Shown: positions 30,528-41,073, counted from the stretch's first letter. The stretch: 64,000 nt of DNA from Smithellaceae bacterium (GCA_963667845.2 CAXXVL010000002.1:1760001-1824000); one strand, 5' to 3'. Numbers and translations are program-made. The notes: generated by a model from the letters alone, not told the origin.

Positions 30528-32274
30528 AAAAATATTTGCAAGTCTATCGGAACTTCCAACAATGCCGTCAACGATCGGCACCATGGCCTGGAACCAGACC
30601 GGCGAGTGGCGTTATTTAACGCCGCAGGTCGCTGATAAACAAGCCCCCTGCAGCAGCGCCTGCCCTGCCGGAGAAGATACGGCGCGTATCGAGATGCTCA
30701 ATGCCCAGGGGCTTTTCAAGGAAGCCTGGGAATTGATCCTGCAGGAGAACCCCTTCCCAGGCGTCTGCGGCCGGGTCTGTTTTCACCCGTGTGAAAGAGA
30801 ATGCAACCGCAGAGAATTCGACCATGCCATAGCCATTCACACGCTCGAGCGGTTTACGGCCGATACGGCCGAGCGCTATGCCCTCAAGCCAAACTTTGAG
30901 CGGCTCTGTGCCCGTCCGGAACGAATCGCCATCGTGGGAGCGGGTCCTTCAGGGCTTGCCGCTGCATGGTTCATGGCCCGGCTTGGATACGCGTGTGATG
31001 TTTTCGAATCCCGGGCGGAAGCGGGCGGTATCCTTCGCTGGGGAATTCCCCTTTATCGGCTTCCGCTTTCCGTCATGCAACGCGAAGTCGCTCAAATCGC
31101 GGCGCTCGGACCTCGTATCCGCACGGGAAAGGCGATTGACGCAAAAGGATTAAATGAGCTTCTCAAATCTCACCAAGCCGTTTATGTCGCCTGCGGACAC
31201 AGTAAAACGACGTCTCTGCGCATCCCCGGCGAGACGCATCCCGCCGTTCTGGATGGCCTGTCTTTCCTGGCGAACCTCCGGAATGCAAAGCGGCCTGCCG
31301 TCCCGGGTCTTTCCGCCGTCGTTGGGGGAGGAAACACGGCCGTCGACGTCGCCCGAAGCATTGTCCGCCTTGGAGGGAAAGCCCTTATCCTGTACCGGCG
31401 ACGGCGCCAGGACATGCCTGCGTTCGGAGACGAGGTCCAGATGGCCCTTGATGAAGGCGTGGAGCTGATGGAACTTGTTACCCCCGCAGCCATCGAGTCC
31501 ACGGCCGAAGGCTGCCGAATCGTGCTGCGAAGAATGCGCGTGACAGGCGACGACAGAGGGCGCGCGAGTGTAGAACCGGATGACGCTCTCATCTGCGAGG
31601 TCGAAGTCAAACGGCTCTTCAAAGCCACGGGCGCAGAAGCCGCAGATCAATGGATCGAACCGCCTGACTCAGGCGCGGGCGTCTTGGATCTCGGAAGCTG
31701 CTCCCTCGTCCAAAAAAACGGGGCGACGCCGCTTCTTTACGGCGGCGATGTCTTTAACGATATAAAGAGCGTCGTCCATGCCATCGCTTCGGGGAAGCAG
31801 GCCGCTATGTCGCTCGACACGCTGTTTCGGGAGGGAGCCGACGCCGTCCTTCCGAAACTTGAATCCTGCAGAGTCGGGGATGGCGCAGCGCTTTCCATGG
31901 AAGCATACATGGGTGGTCCCCGCAGCCAGCGCAGCCGTCACGTGGTCCGGTATGCTGAGATCAACACAAATTATTTCCATTATACCGACCGGATGACACA
32001 GACGAGGCTTGTGCCCGACGAGCGGGTCCGGAATTTTAATGAAATCGATCTGCGGGTTTCGGAAGAAATCGCGATACAGGAGGCCGAGCGGTGTTTCAAT
32101 TGCGGGGTCTGTAATCAATGCGACAATTGTTATCTTCTCTGCCCCGACTTTTCTGTCATCCACGACCGAGTGAGCGGATCGAGGAACATCAACTACGATT
32201 ACTGCAAGGGATGCGGCATCTGCGACCATGAATGCCCCCGGGGGATTATTACAATGGAGGAAACGAGATCATGA
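30517..32274 (+). CDS. GltD/NfnB-like FAD/Fe-S oxidoreductase with C-terminal 2x[4Fe-4S] (POR delta-like) domain
   Basis: PCSSACP, CGRVCFHPCE, GAGPSG, GGGNTA, YRR, RCFNCGVCNQCDNCYLLCP, CKGCGICDHECP. Confidence 0.92.
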   Translation: MQPKKIFASLSELPTMPSTIGTMAWNQTGEWRYLTPQVADKQAPCSSACPAGEDTARIEMLNAQGLFKEAWELILQENPFPGVCGRVCFHPCERECNRREFDHAIAIHTLERFTADTAERYALKPNFERLCARPERIAIVGAGPSGLAAAWFMARLGYACDVFESRAEAGGILRWGIPLYRLPLSVMQREVAQIAALGPRIRTGKAIDAKGLNELLKSHQAVYVACGHSKTTSLRIPGETHPAVLDGLSFLANLRNAKRPAVPGLSAVVGGGNTAVDVARSIVRLGGKALILYRRRRQDMPAFGDEVQMALDEGVELMELVTPAAIESTAEGCRIVLRRMRVTGDDRGRASVEPDDALICEVEVKRLFKATGAEAADQWIEPPDSGAGVLDLGSCSLVQKNGATPLLYGGDVFNDIKSVVHAIASGKQAAMSLDTLFREGADAVLPKLESCRVGDGAALSMEAYMGGPRSQRSRHVVRYAEINTNYFHYTDRMTQTRLVPDERVRNFNEIDLRVSEEIAIQEAERCFNCGVCNQCDNCYLLCPDFSVIHDRVSGSRNINYDYCKGCGICDHECPRGIITMEETRS

Positions 32275-33434
32275 AAGAAGTCATGATGGGGACCGAAGCC
32301 GCCGCGATGGCCGCAAGACTGGCCCGGGTTCAGGTGATCGCGGCGTATCCGATTACCCCTCAATCCTTTATTGTTGAGAATCTGTCCGATATAGTCGGCC
32401 GGGGAGAACTGAAGGCCAGGTTCATGTCGATGGAGTCGGAACACTCGTCCATGGCCGCTTGTGTCGGCGCGTCCATGGCAGGAGCAAGGGCATTTATAGC
32501 AAGCTCCTCGCAGGGCCTGGTCTATATGCATGAGATGCTTCATTATGCTGCCGGGGCGCGGGTTCCGATTGTGATGGTCAACTGCAACCGTGCCCTGGCT
32601 CCCCCCTGGAACCTGTATTGCGACCACACTGATTCGCTGTCCCAGCGCGACACCGGCTGGATCCAGTATTATTGTGCCGATGCCCAGGATGTGCTTGACG
32701 CCATCTTGATTGCCTACCATGTTGCCGAACAGGCTCTTTTGCCGATCATGATCAATATGGACGCATTTTATCTGACCCACACCTCCGAGATTCTGGATGT
32801 GCCTGATCAAAAGACGGTGGATATGTTTATTCCTCCTTATCGGCCGTTGAGCAAGCTGGATGTGGATAATCCCAAAACCTTCGGTAATGTGTGCGGATCA
32901 GACCTTTATACCTCTATTAAATACAAGCGACATTTTGACACCCTTTCGCTGGAAAGGCTTTGGAACCAGACGGCGATAGCATTCTACGGCCATTTTAACC
33001 GTTTGCATCCATCCGTAGAGGCGTATCAGACGGAAGACGCCGACGTGTGTATCATCGGCATCGGGAGTGCCACTGGCGCCATGCGGATGACGGTCGACCG
33101 GTTACGGGGAGAAGGTTTAAAAGTCGGCAGTCTGCGGCTTGCGCTTATCCGACCGTTTCCTCGTGAAACGGTTAAAAAAGCAATAGCCGGCGCCAAACAT
33201 TTGATTGTTATCGATCGGGATGTTTCTTTCGGCGCCGAGGGCATCGTGGCACAGGAGGTGAAAGCGGCTCTGTTTGACCACCATGGGAAAATGAAATTGA
33301 CAGGTTTTATTGCAGGCGTCGGTGGAAATGATCTCTCCACAGAGGCAATTATCCCTCTGGTGAGGCAGGCGATTTGTGGAGACGGAGCCGCGGTCGAGGC
33401 AGGGACAACACTCTGGGCGGAGGTGTTGCCGTGA
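32271..33434 (+). CDS. porA: 2-oxoacid:acceptor oxidoreductase alpha subunit
   Basis: AAYPITPQ, ESEHS, SSQGL, NRAL, RPFP; ATGA overlap with the upstream gene. Confidence 0.93.
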   Translation: MKEVMMGTEAAAMAARLARVQVIAAYPITPQSFIVENLSDIVGRGELKARFMSMESEHSSMAACVGASMAGARAFIASSSQGLVYMHEMLHYAAGARVPIVMVNCNRALAPPWNLYCDHTDSLSQRDTGWIQYYCADAQDVLDAILIAYHVAEQALLPIMINMDAFYLTHTSEILDVPDQKTVDMFIPPYRPLSKLDVDNPKTFGNVCGSDLYTSIKYKRHFDTLSLERLWNQTAIAFYGHFNRLHPSVEAYQTEDADVCIIGIGSATGAMRMTVDRLRGEGLKVGSLRLALIRPFPRETVKKAIAGAKHLIVIDRDVSFGAEGIVAQEVKAALFDHHGKMKLTGFIAGVGGNDLSTEAIIPLVRQAICGDGAAVEAGTTLWAEVLP

Positions 33435-34309
33435 AGGAATGCACACAGGAGAAAAGAGATCTGTTCACCCCCGGGCACTATGGTTGCCCCGGATGCGGCG
33501 CGACCCTGGCCATGCGGCAAACCCTGTCGGTCCTGGGTGAGGATACGATTGTAGTGATGCCGGCCGGCTGCTGGTCCACTTTGATCGGCATTTACCCTTA
33601 CTCATGTCTGACTGTGCCTGTGCTTTCGGTCGCTTTTGCAACCACTGCGGCCACCGCCGCCGGTGTCAAGGCCGGTTTGATGATTCAGGATAACGACCAT
33701 ACAACCGTCCTCGCCTGGGCGGGTGACGGCGGTACCTTTGATATCGGTTTGCAGGCCCTTTCCGGCGCGGTAGAACGAAACGATGACATCCTGTTTATCT
33801 GCTATGACAACGAAGCTTATATGAACACGGGTATCCAGCGTTCCTCGGCCACACCAGCCGGGGGGTGGACCACTACCACACCCGATTCAGCCCTGAAGGT
33901 TCAGAAGAAGAAAAACATTGTAGAAATCATGGCGGCGCACCGCATCCCATATGCCGCCACTGCGTGCATTGGCGTGCCGGAGGATCTCAAAGGCAAACTC
34001 AGCAAAGCCAAAGATATTAAAGGCTCACGCTTTATACATTTATTTGCCTCCTGCCCGACCGGCTGGCGGCATGCCCCTGAGCTGTCCGTTGAGGTGGCTC
34101 GCGAAGCAGTTAAAAGCCGGGTGTTTCCGCTTTATGAAGTGTTCAACGGGGATACCTGGCAGTTGAGTCCCATGCCCGACAAGACAAACGTAGACAATTA
34201 TCTAAAATATCAGGGCCGGTTCAAAACACTATCAGCCGGCGACCATCAACACTTTCAGAAACAGGTGGACGAGGATTGGGTGCGTTTGACCGAACGATGC
34301 CGGGCGTAA
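33431..34309 (+). CDS. porB: 2-oxoacid:acceptor oxidoreductase beta (TPP-binding) subunit
   Basis: GCPGCG, GDGGTFDIG, DNEAYMNTGIQRS, CPTGW; GTGA overlap. Confidence 0.93.
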   Translation: MKECTQEKRDLFTPGHYGCPGCGATLAMRQTLSVLGEDTIVVMPAGCWSTLIGIYPYSCLTVPVLSVAFATTAATAAGVKAGLMIQDNDHTTVLAWAGDGGTFDIGLQALSGAVERNDDILFICYDNEAYMNTGIQRSSATPAGGWTTTTPDSALKVQKKKNIVEIMAAHRIPYAATACIGVPEDLKGKLSKAKDIKGSRFIHLFASCPTGWRHAPELSVEVAREAVKSRVFPLYEVFNGDTWQLSPMPDKTNVDNYLKYQGRFKTLSAGDHQHFQKQVDEDWVRLTERCRA

Positions 34310-34635
34310 AACCGGCGGTATGACCCGCGCAAGCAGGATGAAAGAAAATATTTTGCCGTGAATCACAGCCCGGCAATTGAAAGGAAAGCTCAAGAGAACT
34401 CAAGCAGAAAGTACATATTGGGGCAAGCGGATTAAAAATGCGGCGGACGATCCGATGATCCGGTCTTCGATGAATGCCGTGGTCACAATGTATGAACTGA
34501 CTGTGACCGGAAACGATTATTTCTTTCCCGGAGAACAACGGGAATTAATAGCGAAGATTGAAATCGGTTCGATCCAGATGGTGGTTTAATCAGACTTTAC
34601 ATCCAACAGCAAGGGAGGAAGAAGGTATGATAAAC

Positions 34636-35769
34636 ATGAAGCGAATCTTTTGGGTTACTTTTTTATCTGTCATGGCTGCGGCAATTTTCGGTGGCAGCCT
34701 TGTCACCGCGGCTGAAGAAATCCGTATCGGATTTACCCCTCCTATCACCGGTGTACACGCGGCAGGCGGATCTCTCCAGGTCAAGGCGATCAAGCTGGCC
34801 CTCAAAGAGATCAATGCGGCCGGCGGGGTGAACGGGAAGAAGATCGATCTCCGGATCATCGATAGCCAGTCCTCGAACCCCGGCGCACTGGCAGCGCTGC
34901 AGAAGGCCGTGGATCAGGAGAAGGTGTTGGCCCTGGTTGGCTGTCTGTACAGCACTCAGGTTCTTGCCACGTCGGATGCCATCAAAAACTACGGCATCCC
35001 CACTATTATCGGCGCCACCAATGTCAACATCACCAGGCAGGGAAACCCCTGGCTGTTCCGTGTGCGGCCCGATGACTCCATCGCCGCCGGCGCCATGGTA
35101 AAATACATCAAAGAAAACACCAGATTTACAAAAATCGGTCTCCTGCATGATGCGGATGCCATGGGCACGGGCGGTGCCGACCTGGTGGAGAAAGGCGCCA
35201 AAGAGGCGGGCCTGACGGTGGTGAGACGGGAGAAGACCACGACCGCGGCGAAGGACTTTACTGCTGAACTCCTGGCCATGAAGAATGCAGGAGCGCAGAT
35301 TCTGATCTACTACGGCCACCAGGAAGCTACGGCTTTGCTCCAGCGCCAACTTCGCCAGCTTGGCTCTCCCTTCAAGTTTCTCGGTTCGCCCAGTGCCGCA
35401 TCGAAAGACAGTCTGAACCTTGCCAGGGAGGCCGCCGAAGGGATCTGGGCCGTTGTCGATTTCGTGCCGGGACAGAGTGCAGAGAACAGGCGCTACGCCG
35501 AGGCCTACAAGAAGGAGTACAACGAAGAGTACGATACCCTCAATGTGTGGACCTATGACGCGCTGAAGATCCTGGTCAATGCCATCAAGATCGGCGGGGA
35601 AGATCGCGGCAAAATCCGGGAAGCCATCCTGGCCATGAAGGGATATAAGGGCGTCCAGGGCACCTTTTCCTTTACGCCAAACGGCGACGGCCTGAGCGAA
35701 GTTAGCATTGTCCAGATCGAGAAGGGCAAGCCGAAACTCCTGAAGATCGTTAACCTGGGTGCAAAATAG
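34636..35769 (+). CDS. livK: Branched-chain amino acid-type ABC substrate-binding protein
   Basis: Signal peptide, INAAGGVNGKKI, FRVRPDD, KDFTAEL, YDA. Confidence 0.9.
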   Translation: MKRIFWVTFLSVMAAAIFGGSLVTAAEEIRIGFTPPITGVHAAGGSLQVKAIKLALKEINAAGGVNGKKIDLRIIDSQSSNPGALAALQKAVDQEKVLALVGCLYSTQVLATSDAIKNYGIPTIIGATNVNITRQGNPWLFRVRPDDSIAAGAMVKYIKENTRFTKIGLLHDADAMGTGGADLVEKGAKEAGLTVVRREKTTTAAKDFTAELLAMKNAGAQILIYYGHQEATALLQRQLRQLGSPFKFLGSPSAASKDSLNLAREAAEGIWAVVDFVPGQSAENRRYAEAYKKEYNEEYDTLNVWTYDALKILVNAIKIGGEDRGKIREAILAMKGYKGVQGTFSFTPNGDGLSEVSIVQIEKGKPKLLKIVNLGAK

Positions 35770-35859
35770 CGTCTCCCGACGGATGGATCGATAAAGCAGG
35801 CGTCCGGTTCCGCTCAATGGCTCTGTGCCGGGACCGGGCGCGTCAAGGAGGGATTCTGA

Positions 35860-36741
35860 ATGGATTTGTCTACAAACCTTCAAATGGTAGCTGCAGGACT
35901 CGCCATGGGGTCCATTTACGCCCTCGTGGCCTTGGGGTTTGTCCTCATCTTCAACGCGGTCAATGTCGTTAATTTTGCGCAGGGGGAATTTGCGATGATC
36001 CCGGCCTTCGTGGCTGTGTGGCTGATGAACAGCCTGAATATCCCCTTAGCCTTGACCTGCGTGATCACCGTCGTTTTCATGGGCGTTTTCGGCATCGTCT
36101 TCCAGCGCATTGCCTACTACCCCTTGCGTAACCGCAGCTTTCTGCCGGTCATCATCAGCACCATCGGCGTGGGCATTTTTCTGAAGAACGCAGCGCAGCT
36201 CATCTTCGGTGCCGAACCATTGTCCATGCCGCGGCCGACCTCCGCGACTGCGCTGAATATATTTGGAGTGTTTGTGGACCCCCAGTTCATAGTGATCATC
36301 CTGTGCACCCTGGCCCTGCTCGGCTTCCAGTACTTCTTCTTCGAAAAGACCATCCTGGGCAAAAAGATGCTGGCGACGGCGCAGGACAAGGAGATGGCGC
36401 GGCTCCTGGGCATCAGGGTGACGACGATGATCGCCATTACCTTTGCCTATAGTTCGATTCTCGGGGCCGCGGCTGGAATCCTGGTCGGGCCCATTTTCTT
36501 CGTCACCAAGGATATGGGAGCAATGATCGGACTCAAGGCGTTCTGCTCGGCCATTGTGGGGGGATTTGGGAGTATCCCCGGGGCGATTCTGGGGGGAATC
36601 TTTCTGGGCGTGATCGAGGTTTTCGCCTCATACTACATCTCCAGCGCCTATCGCGATGCCTTCGCCTTCATCATTCTGATCCTTGTTCTCCTGCTGCGTC
36701 CGCAGGGGTTCTTCGGCGAGAAGATCGCCGAGAAGGCATAG
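35860..36741 (+). CDS. livH: Branched-chain-type ABC permease
   Basis: GSIYALVALG, VNFAQGE, GLKAF..AIVGGFGS, RPQG. Confidence 0.93.
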   Translation: MDLSTNLQMVAAGLAMGSIYALVALGFVLIFNAVNVVNFAQGEFAMIPAFVAVWLMNSLNIPLALTCVITVVFMGVFGIVFQRIAYYPLRNRSFLPVIISTIGVGIFLKNAAQLIFGAEPLSMPRPTSATALNIFGVFVDPQFIVIILCTLALLGFQYFFFEKTILGKKMLATAQDKEMARLLGIRVTTMIAITFAYSSILGAAAGILVGPIFFVTKDMGAMIGLKAFCSAIVGGFGSIPGAILGGIFLGVIEVFASYYISSAYRDAFAFIILILVLLLRPQGFFGEKIAEKA

Positions 36742-36752
36742 GGAGTGTGCCA

Positions 36753-38588
36753 ATGAAGATACGCATAAAGAACCTGCTTATTCCTGCCCTTCTGGTCGTC
36801 GTTGTTCTGATCATTCCCCGGTTCGTAACGAGCAGCTACTGGCTGAACCTGATCAACCTGTCCATCAGTTTTTCGATTGCCTGTCTGGGACTGAACATCG
36901 TCCTTGGATACACCGGACAACTGTCACTCGCCCAGGCGGCCTTTTGGGGAGTGGGGGCCTACACCTCTGCCATCCTCACCACCCACTTGGGTCTGCCCGT
37001 GTGGGCAGGGATGTTCGCCGCGTTCTTCGTGGCGGCCCTCTGCGGAGTACTGCTGGGCATTCCCACGCTAAAGCTGTCGGGTCATTACCTGGCGATGGCG
37101 ACGATCGGGTTCGGGATCATCCTCCAGCTCATCCTGGTCAACGAAATCTGGCTCACCAACGGCTCCGATGGGATCACCAAGATTCCTTCGCCCTGGATCG
37201 GTTCCTTTGAGTTGAAAGATCCAGGCACCTTCTTCTACGTGGCGGCGATTTCTCTGATTCTTCTGACCTGGGGCGCAATTCACCTCAAAGACTCCCGCGT
37301 GGGCCGCGCCTTCATGGCCATCCGGGAGAATGAAATGGCGGCTGGAACCACGGGGGTGGATACGACCTACTATAAGATCATGGCCTTCGCGCTATCGGCC
37401 GGCTACGCAGGCATCGGGGGCTGGCTGTTCGCCCACAGTTGCTCGCATTATATCAGCCCGGACACCTTTTCCTTCGAACAGTCTGTGATCATGCTGGTGA
37501 TGACGGTGCTCGGCGGGAGTGGCTCGATCATCGGTGCTATCGTGGGCGCCACGCTGCTGACGATGTTGCCTGAGGTACTGCGGTTTTTGAAGGACTCCTA
37601 TATGATGTTCTATGCAGCCGGCATTGTGGCCATCATGATTTTCATGCCCAGCGGCATCGCCGGCCTGGTGAAGAACCTGCCTGTCAGCCTGCGGTTGCGG
37701 ACGTGGTGGAATGCCGATTCAATGGCAGCCCGGCAGGTTGCGGCAAGCATGCATCCATTGAAAGATTCCAAGGCAGACCCGCGTTCTTTTAAAATCGAAG
37801 ACTGTTCAGGATCGGGCGAGGTGCTGCTCACCGTCAGGGGATTGGCCAAGCACTTTGGCGGTCTGAAAGCGGTGGACGGGGTGGACATGGTAGTCCGGCG
37901 GGGCGAAATTCAGGCACTCATCGGACCGAACGGTTCCGGAAAGACGACGATCCTCAACATGCTCAGCGGCCTCTATGTTCCCACGGCCGGGGAGATCAGC
38001 CTGGGCGGTGCAGCCATTGCCGGGAAAAAGTCGCATATCATCACGTCCATGGGCATGGCCAGGACCTTCCAGAACATCCGCCTTTTCGGGGAGCTCACGG
38101 TGCTGGAAAACGTGCTCATTGGCCGGCATTGCCACTCTCGGGCGGGACTTTTTACCAGCATTTTGCATCTGCCCTCCCAAAAGGCCGAGGAGGCCGGAAT
38201 ACGGGCGAAGGCGCTCACGATACTGGAATTCGTCGGCCTTAAAGGCAAGGAGTTTGCCCAGGCCAACAGCTTGCCGTATGGCCAGCAGCGGCTGCTTGAA
38301 CTGGCGCGGGCCCTGGCCTCCGATCCCCAACTCCTGCTTTTGGACGAGCCGGCAGCCGGATTGAATGCCGCCGAGACTGAGGTGCTGGTGGACCTCCTGT
38401 TTCAGATCTGCACCCGGGGCATTACAATCCTGCTCGTCGAGCATGACATGAATCTGGTTATGAATGTCTCCGACCACATCACGGTTCTGAACTTCGGCAG
38501 GAAGATCGCCGAAGGGTCCGCCGAGGAGATCGAGAAGAACCAGGAAGTGATCGATGCCTATCTGGGAACGGAGGTGGGAAATGCTTAA
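36753..38588 (+). CDS. Fused ABC permease + ATPase (LivM-LivG)
   Basis: GYTGQLSLAQ, YLAMAT, GRAFMAIRENE, then GPNGSGKTT, RTFQN, LLLDEP. Confidence 0.92.
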   Translation: MKIRIKNLLIPALLVVVVLIIPRFVTSSYWLNLINLSISFSIACLGLNIVLGYTGQLSLAQAAFWGVGAYTSAILTTHLGLPVWAGMFAAFFVAALCGVLLGIPTLKLSGHYLAMATIGFGIILQLILVNEIWLTNGSDGITKIPSPWIGSFELKDPGTFFYVAAISLILLTWGAIHLKDSRVGRAFMAIRENEMAAGTTGVDTTYYKIMAFALSAGYAGIGGWLFAHSCSHYISPDTFSFEQSVIMLVMTVLGGSGSIIGAIVGATLLTMLPEVLRFLKDSYMMFYAAGIVAIMIFMPSGIAGLVKNLPVSLRLRTWWNADSMAARQVAASMHPLKDSKADPRSFKIEDCSGSGEVLLTVRGLAKHFGGLKAVDGVDMVVRRGEIQALIGPNGSGKTTILNMLSGLYVPTAGEISLGGAAIAGKKSHIITSMGMARTFQNIRLFGELTVLENVLIGRHCHSRAGLFTSILHLPSQKAEEAGIRAKALTILEFVGLKGKEFAQANSLPYGQQRLLELARALASDPQLLLLDEPAAGLNAAETEVLVDLLFQICTRGITILLVEHDMNLVMNVSDHITVLNFGRKIAEGSAEEIEKNQEVIDAYLGTEVGNA

Positions 38589-39345
38589 AGTTGAAGGAAT
38601 CGAAACCTGGTACGGGGCCATTCAGGCCTTGAAAGGGATCTCCCTGGATGTAAAGCAGGGGGAGATCGTGGCCCTGCTCGGCGCCAACGGTGCAGGCAAG
38701 AGCACTACCATTATGACCATTACGGGCATGATGAAGCCGGCGAAAGGCAGGATCGAGTTTTTGGGTCGGGACATCACGGGGATGGAAGCGGAGGATATTG
38801 CGAAAGCGGGAATCGCCTGTGTGCCGGAGGGGCGGCGTATCTTCCAGGGACTCACCGTGATGGACAACCTGATGCTGGGCGCGACGTCGAGAAAGCGAGT
38901 GTCCAGGGAAGAGATTCAAAAGGACCTTGACCACGTCTTCGGCATCTTTCCTCAACTTGAAGAATTCAAGGGGCGGCTGGGCTGGCAGTTATCCGGCGGC
39001 CAGCTTCAGATGTTGGCCATCGGGCGTGGTCTGATGGCCAACTCAAAGATCCTGCTTCTGGACGAGCCCTCCCTGGGGCTGGCTCCGGTCGTGGTGCAGG
39101 AAGTATTCAGGGTCATCAAGGAGATCAACAAGGCGGGGACGACTATCCTGCTGGTGGAGCAGAACGCCCGGATGGCGCTTTTGATCGCGAACCGCGGGTT
39201 CGTGCTGGAGACGGGCAGGGTGATGCTGGCCGATACGGCCACCAATCTGCTGACAAACGAAGAGATGAAGGCGCACTACCTGGGTAGCCACGCCCATATC
39301 AAGGAGGCGCGTCAGCGCCGTCGTAGCGAGCGCGGACGCCTCTGA
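38581..39345 (+). CDS. livF: Branched-chain-type ABC ATPase
   Basis: GANGAGKST, VPEGRRIF, LSGGQLQM, LLLDEPSLG, VEQNA. Confidence 0.93.
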   Translation: MLKVEGIETWYGAIQALKGISLDVKQGEIVALLGANGAGKSTTIMTITGMMKPAKGRIEFLGRDITGMEAEDIAKAGIACVPEGRRIFQGLTVMDNLMLGATSRKRVSREEIQKDLDHVFGIFPQLEEFKGRLGWQLSGGQLQMLAIGRGLMANSKILLLDEPSLGLAPVVVQEVFRVIKEINKAGTTILLVEQNARMALLIANRGFVLETGRVMLADTATNLLTNEEMKAHYLGSHAHIKEARQRRRSERGRL

Positions 39346-39506
39346 ACGTTTAAATGCACCCGAGTCAACAGGTACTTCGAGATGATATCCGGCCGGGTGG
39401 CATTAAGACTCGATAGTTGTTCGAGGGGGTCGTTTACGCCGTTTTGGTAAATGCAGCGCCTAACATTAAGACAAAGTAATCCTAACAGCGAAAGGAGGAA
39501 CACAGA

Positions 39507-40394
39507 ATGAAGAGATTATTGAAGGGGGTTATCTTTCTGATCATGATTGCTATGGGCGGACCACTGCTGTTTTCAGGAATCCTGTACGCGGCGGCACCGG
39601 ATAAGATTGTCCAGAGCGGAGCGATTCTGACTGTAGCCGATTCCAAGAGGCTGATCGCCAAGGCTGTGGCACAGATGCCGATCGTCAAAAATGCCCTTGC
39701 AAACGGTATGGTCATTATCATCAAGGGGACAACCAATGCCTACGTGGCAGAGGAGATCACCGGGCAGAAAGTCTCGCATGCCGCATTTGTGACGGGAAGA
39801 ATTGAACCCGAGAAAGGGGCCAAATTACTGCCCCAGGTGAAAGCTGTTAACCACGTAATTCTGGAGAAAGGCAAGGTAGTTGATATCTCGCTGGAAGATG
39901 CCGCAAAGAAGCTGAATCGAGGCGATGTTGTTATGAAGGGTGCCAATGCCCTGGATTACAAGAACAAGCTGGCGGCGGTCAATATTCTGCACCCGGCAGG
40001 CGGAACGACAGGGATCACGATGCCCTTCATAGTGGCCCGCAAGGCTTACCTCGTCATTCCGGTCGGCCTCGAGAAGTTGGTCGCAGGGGATCTGGTGGAT
40101 CTGACATTGAAAATGCGTGAGCCGATGGAATCTTTGCCTGCGCCCGCCGGTGCTTCGTCGACGCCATTTCCCGGTCATATTCTTCCCTCCCAGTGGCTCC
40201 TCACGGGCGAGATTGTCACAGAGTTGGAAGCCATTGAGATTCTGACAGGAGCCAAGGCTTTCCAGTGCAGCGCCGGGGGAGTCAGCGGCGCGGAAGGGTC
40301 GGTATGGCTTGTTTTCAGGGGAACCCGGAATCAAGTAAAGAAAGCTATGGAATTGGTAAGATCCATCCAGGGGGAACCACCTTACACTGAATAG
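39507..40394 (+). CDS. Conserved hypothetical protein with signal peptide
   Basis: AAGGAGG RBS; motifs SKRLIAKAV, GTTNAYVAEE, KGANALD, PVGLEKL, GGVSGAEG. Confidence 0.8.
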   Translation: MKRLLKGVIFLIMIAMGGPLLFSGILYAAAPDKIVQSGAILTVADSKRLIAKAVAQMPIVKNALANGMVIIIKGTTNAYVAEEITGQKVSHAAFVTGRIEPEKGAKLLPQVKAVNHVILEKGKVVDISLEDAAKKLNRGDVVMKGANALDYKNKLAAVNILHPAGGTTGITMPFIVARKAYLVIPVGLEKLVAGDLVDLTLKMREPMESLPAPAGASSTPFPGHILPSQWLLTGEIVTELEAIEILTGAKAFQCSAGGVSGAEGSVWLVFRGTRNQVKKAMELVRSIQGEPPYTE

Positions 40395-40722
40395 GAAATG
40401 ATTGATGAACCGACCAGCCCTCCCAAAAGTAATCCAGCTTTGGGGGGGGCTGGTCATCGGGAAGGATTCCTTAGCCCAACGAAACAAATCGCAAAAAACT
40501 GGCCGCCATGGCGGAAAAGGAGATGCCGGTTTCGGTCAATTTCGACAACTTCACCCAGTATCCCCATGAATGTCGATATGTCGAGACCGGCCTTAATCTA
40601 TCGCATACCCGATCCATTCTGGCCGGAATGTCGAAAAATCCCAATGCGGATGGCGTCTTTTTCCGTCAGTCCTGGTTGCGAGATCAATGAATTGGCATCC
40701 TTAAAACAAAAATGAGGTTATT

Positions 40723-41073
40723 ATGAAAATAATTAGTTACGCATCTGTTACACCGACAAAATTTGAAAACGACCAGGCCAAGGGTGTTTCCGGTAGAGTC
40801 GTGATCGGCAAGGCGGACGGGGCAAATCATTTCTGCATGCGAATTTTTGAAGTTGTCCCCGGAGGGTATTCGGCCAGGCACGCCCACGCCTGGGAACATG
40901 AAATATTCATTCATTCCGGTGAGGGCGAAATGTATGGCAACGGAAAATGGAATTCAGTAAAGCCGGGAACAGTCCTGTTTGTACCGCCGAATGAAGAACA
41001 TCAGATCCGTAATGCAGGCAAAGAGCTTTTGATTTATGCCTGTTTGATACCAGCGGATGTCCCTGAATTATGA
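40723..41073 (+). CDS. Cupin domain protein
   Basis: HAHAWEHEIFIHSG...PPNEEHQIRN metal-binding cupin motifs. Confidence 0.92.
   Translation: MKIISYASVTPTKFENDQAKGVSGRVVIGKADGANHFCMRIFEVVPGGYSARHAHAWEHEIFIHSGEGEMYGNGKWNSVKPGTVLFVPPNEEHQIRNAGKELLIYACLIPADVPEL

Noticed and set aside
36753..38588. LivM-LivG fusion as a novelty
   Set aside because: Such fusions are common.
3910..38621. Long antisense ORFs (e.g. 7303-8355, 21884-22846, 34663-35883, 37806-38621)
   Set aside because: They are shadow frames of well-supported genes in GC-rich DNA.
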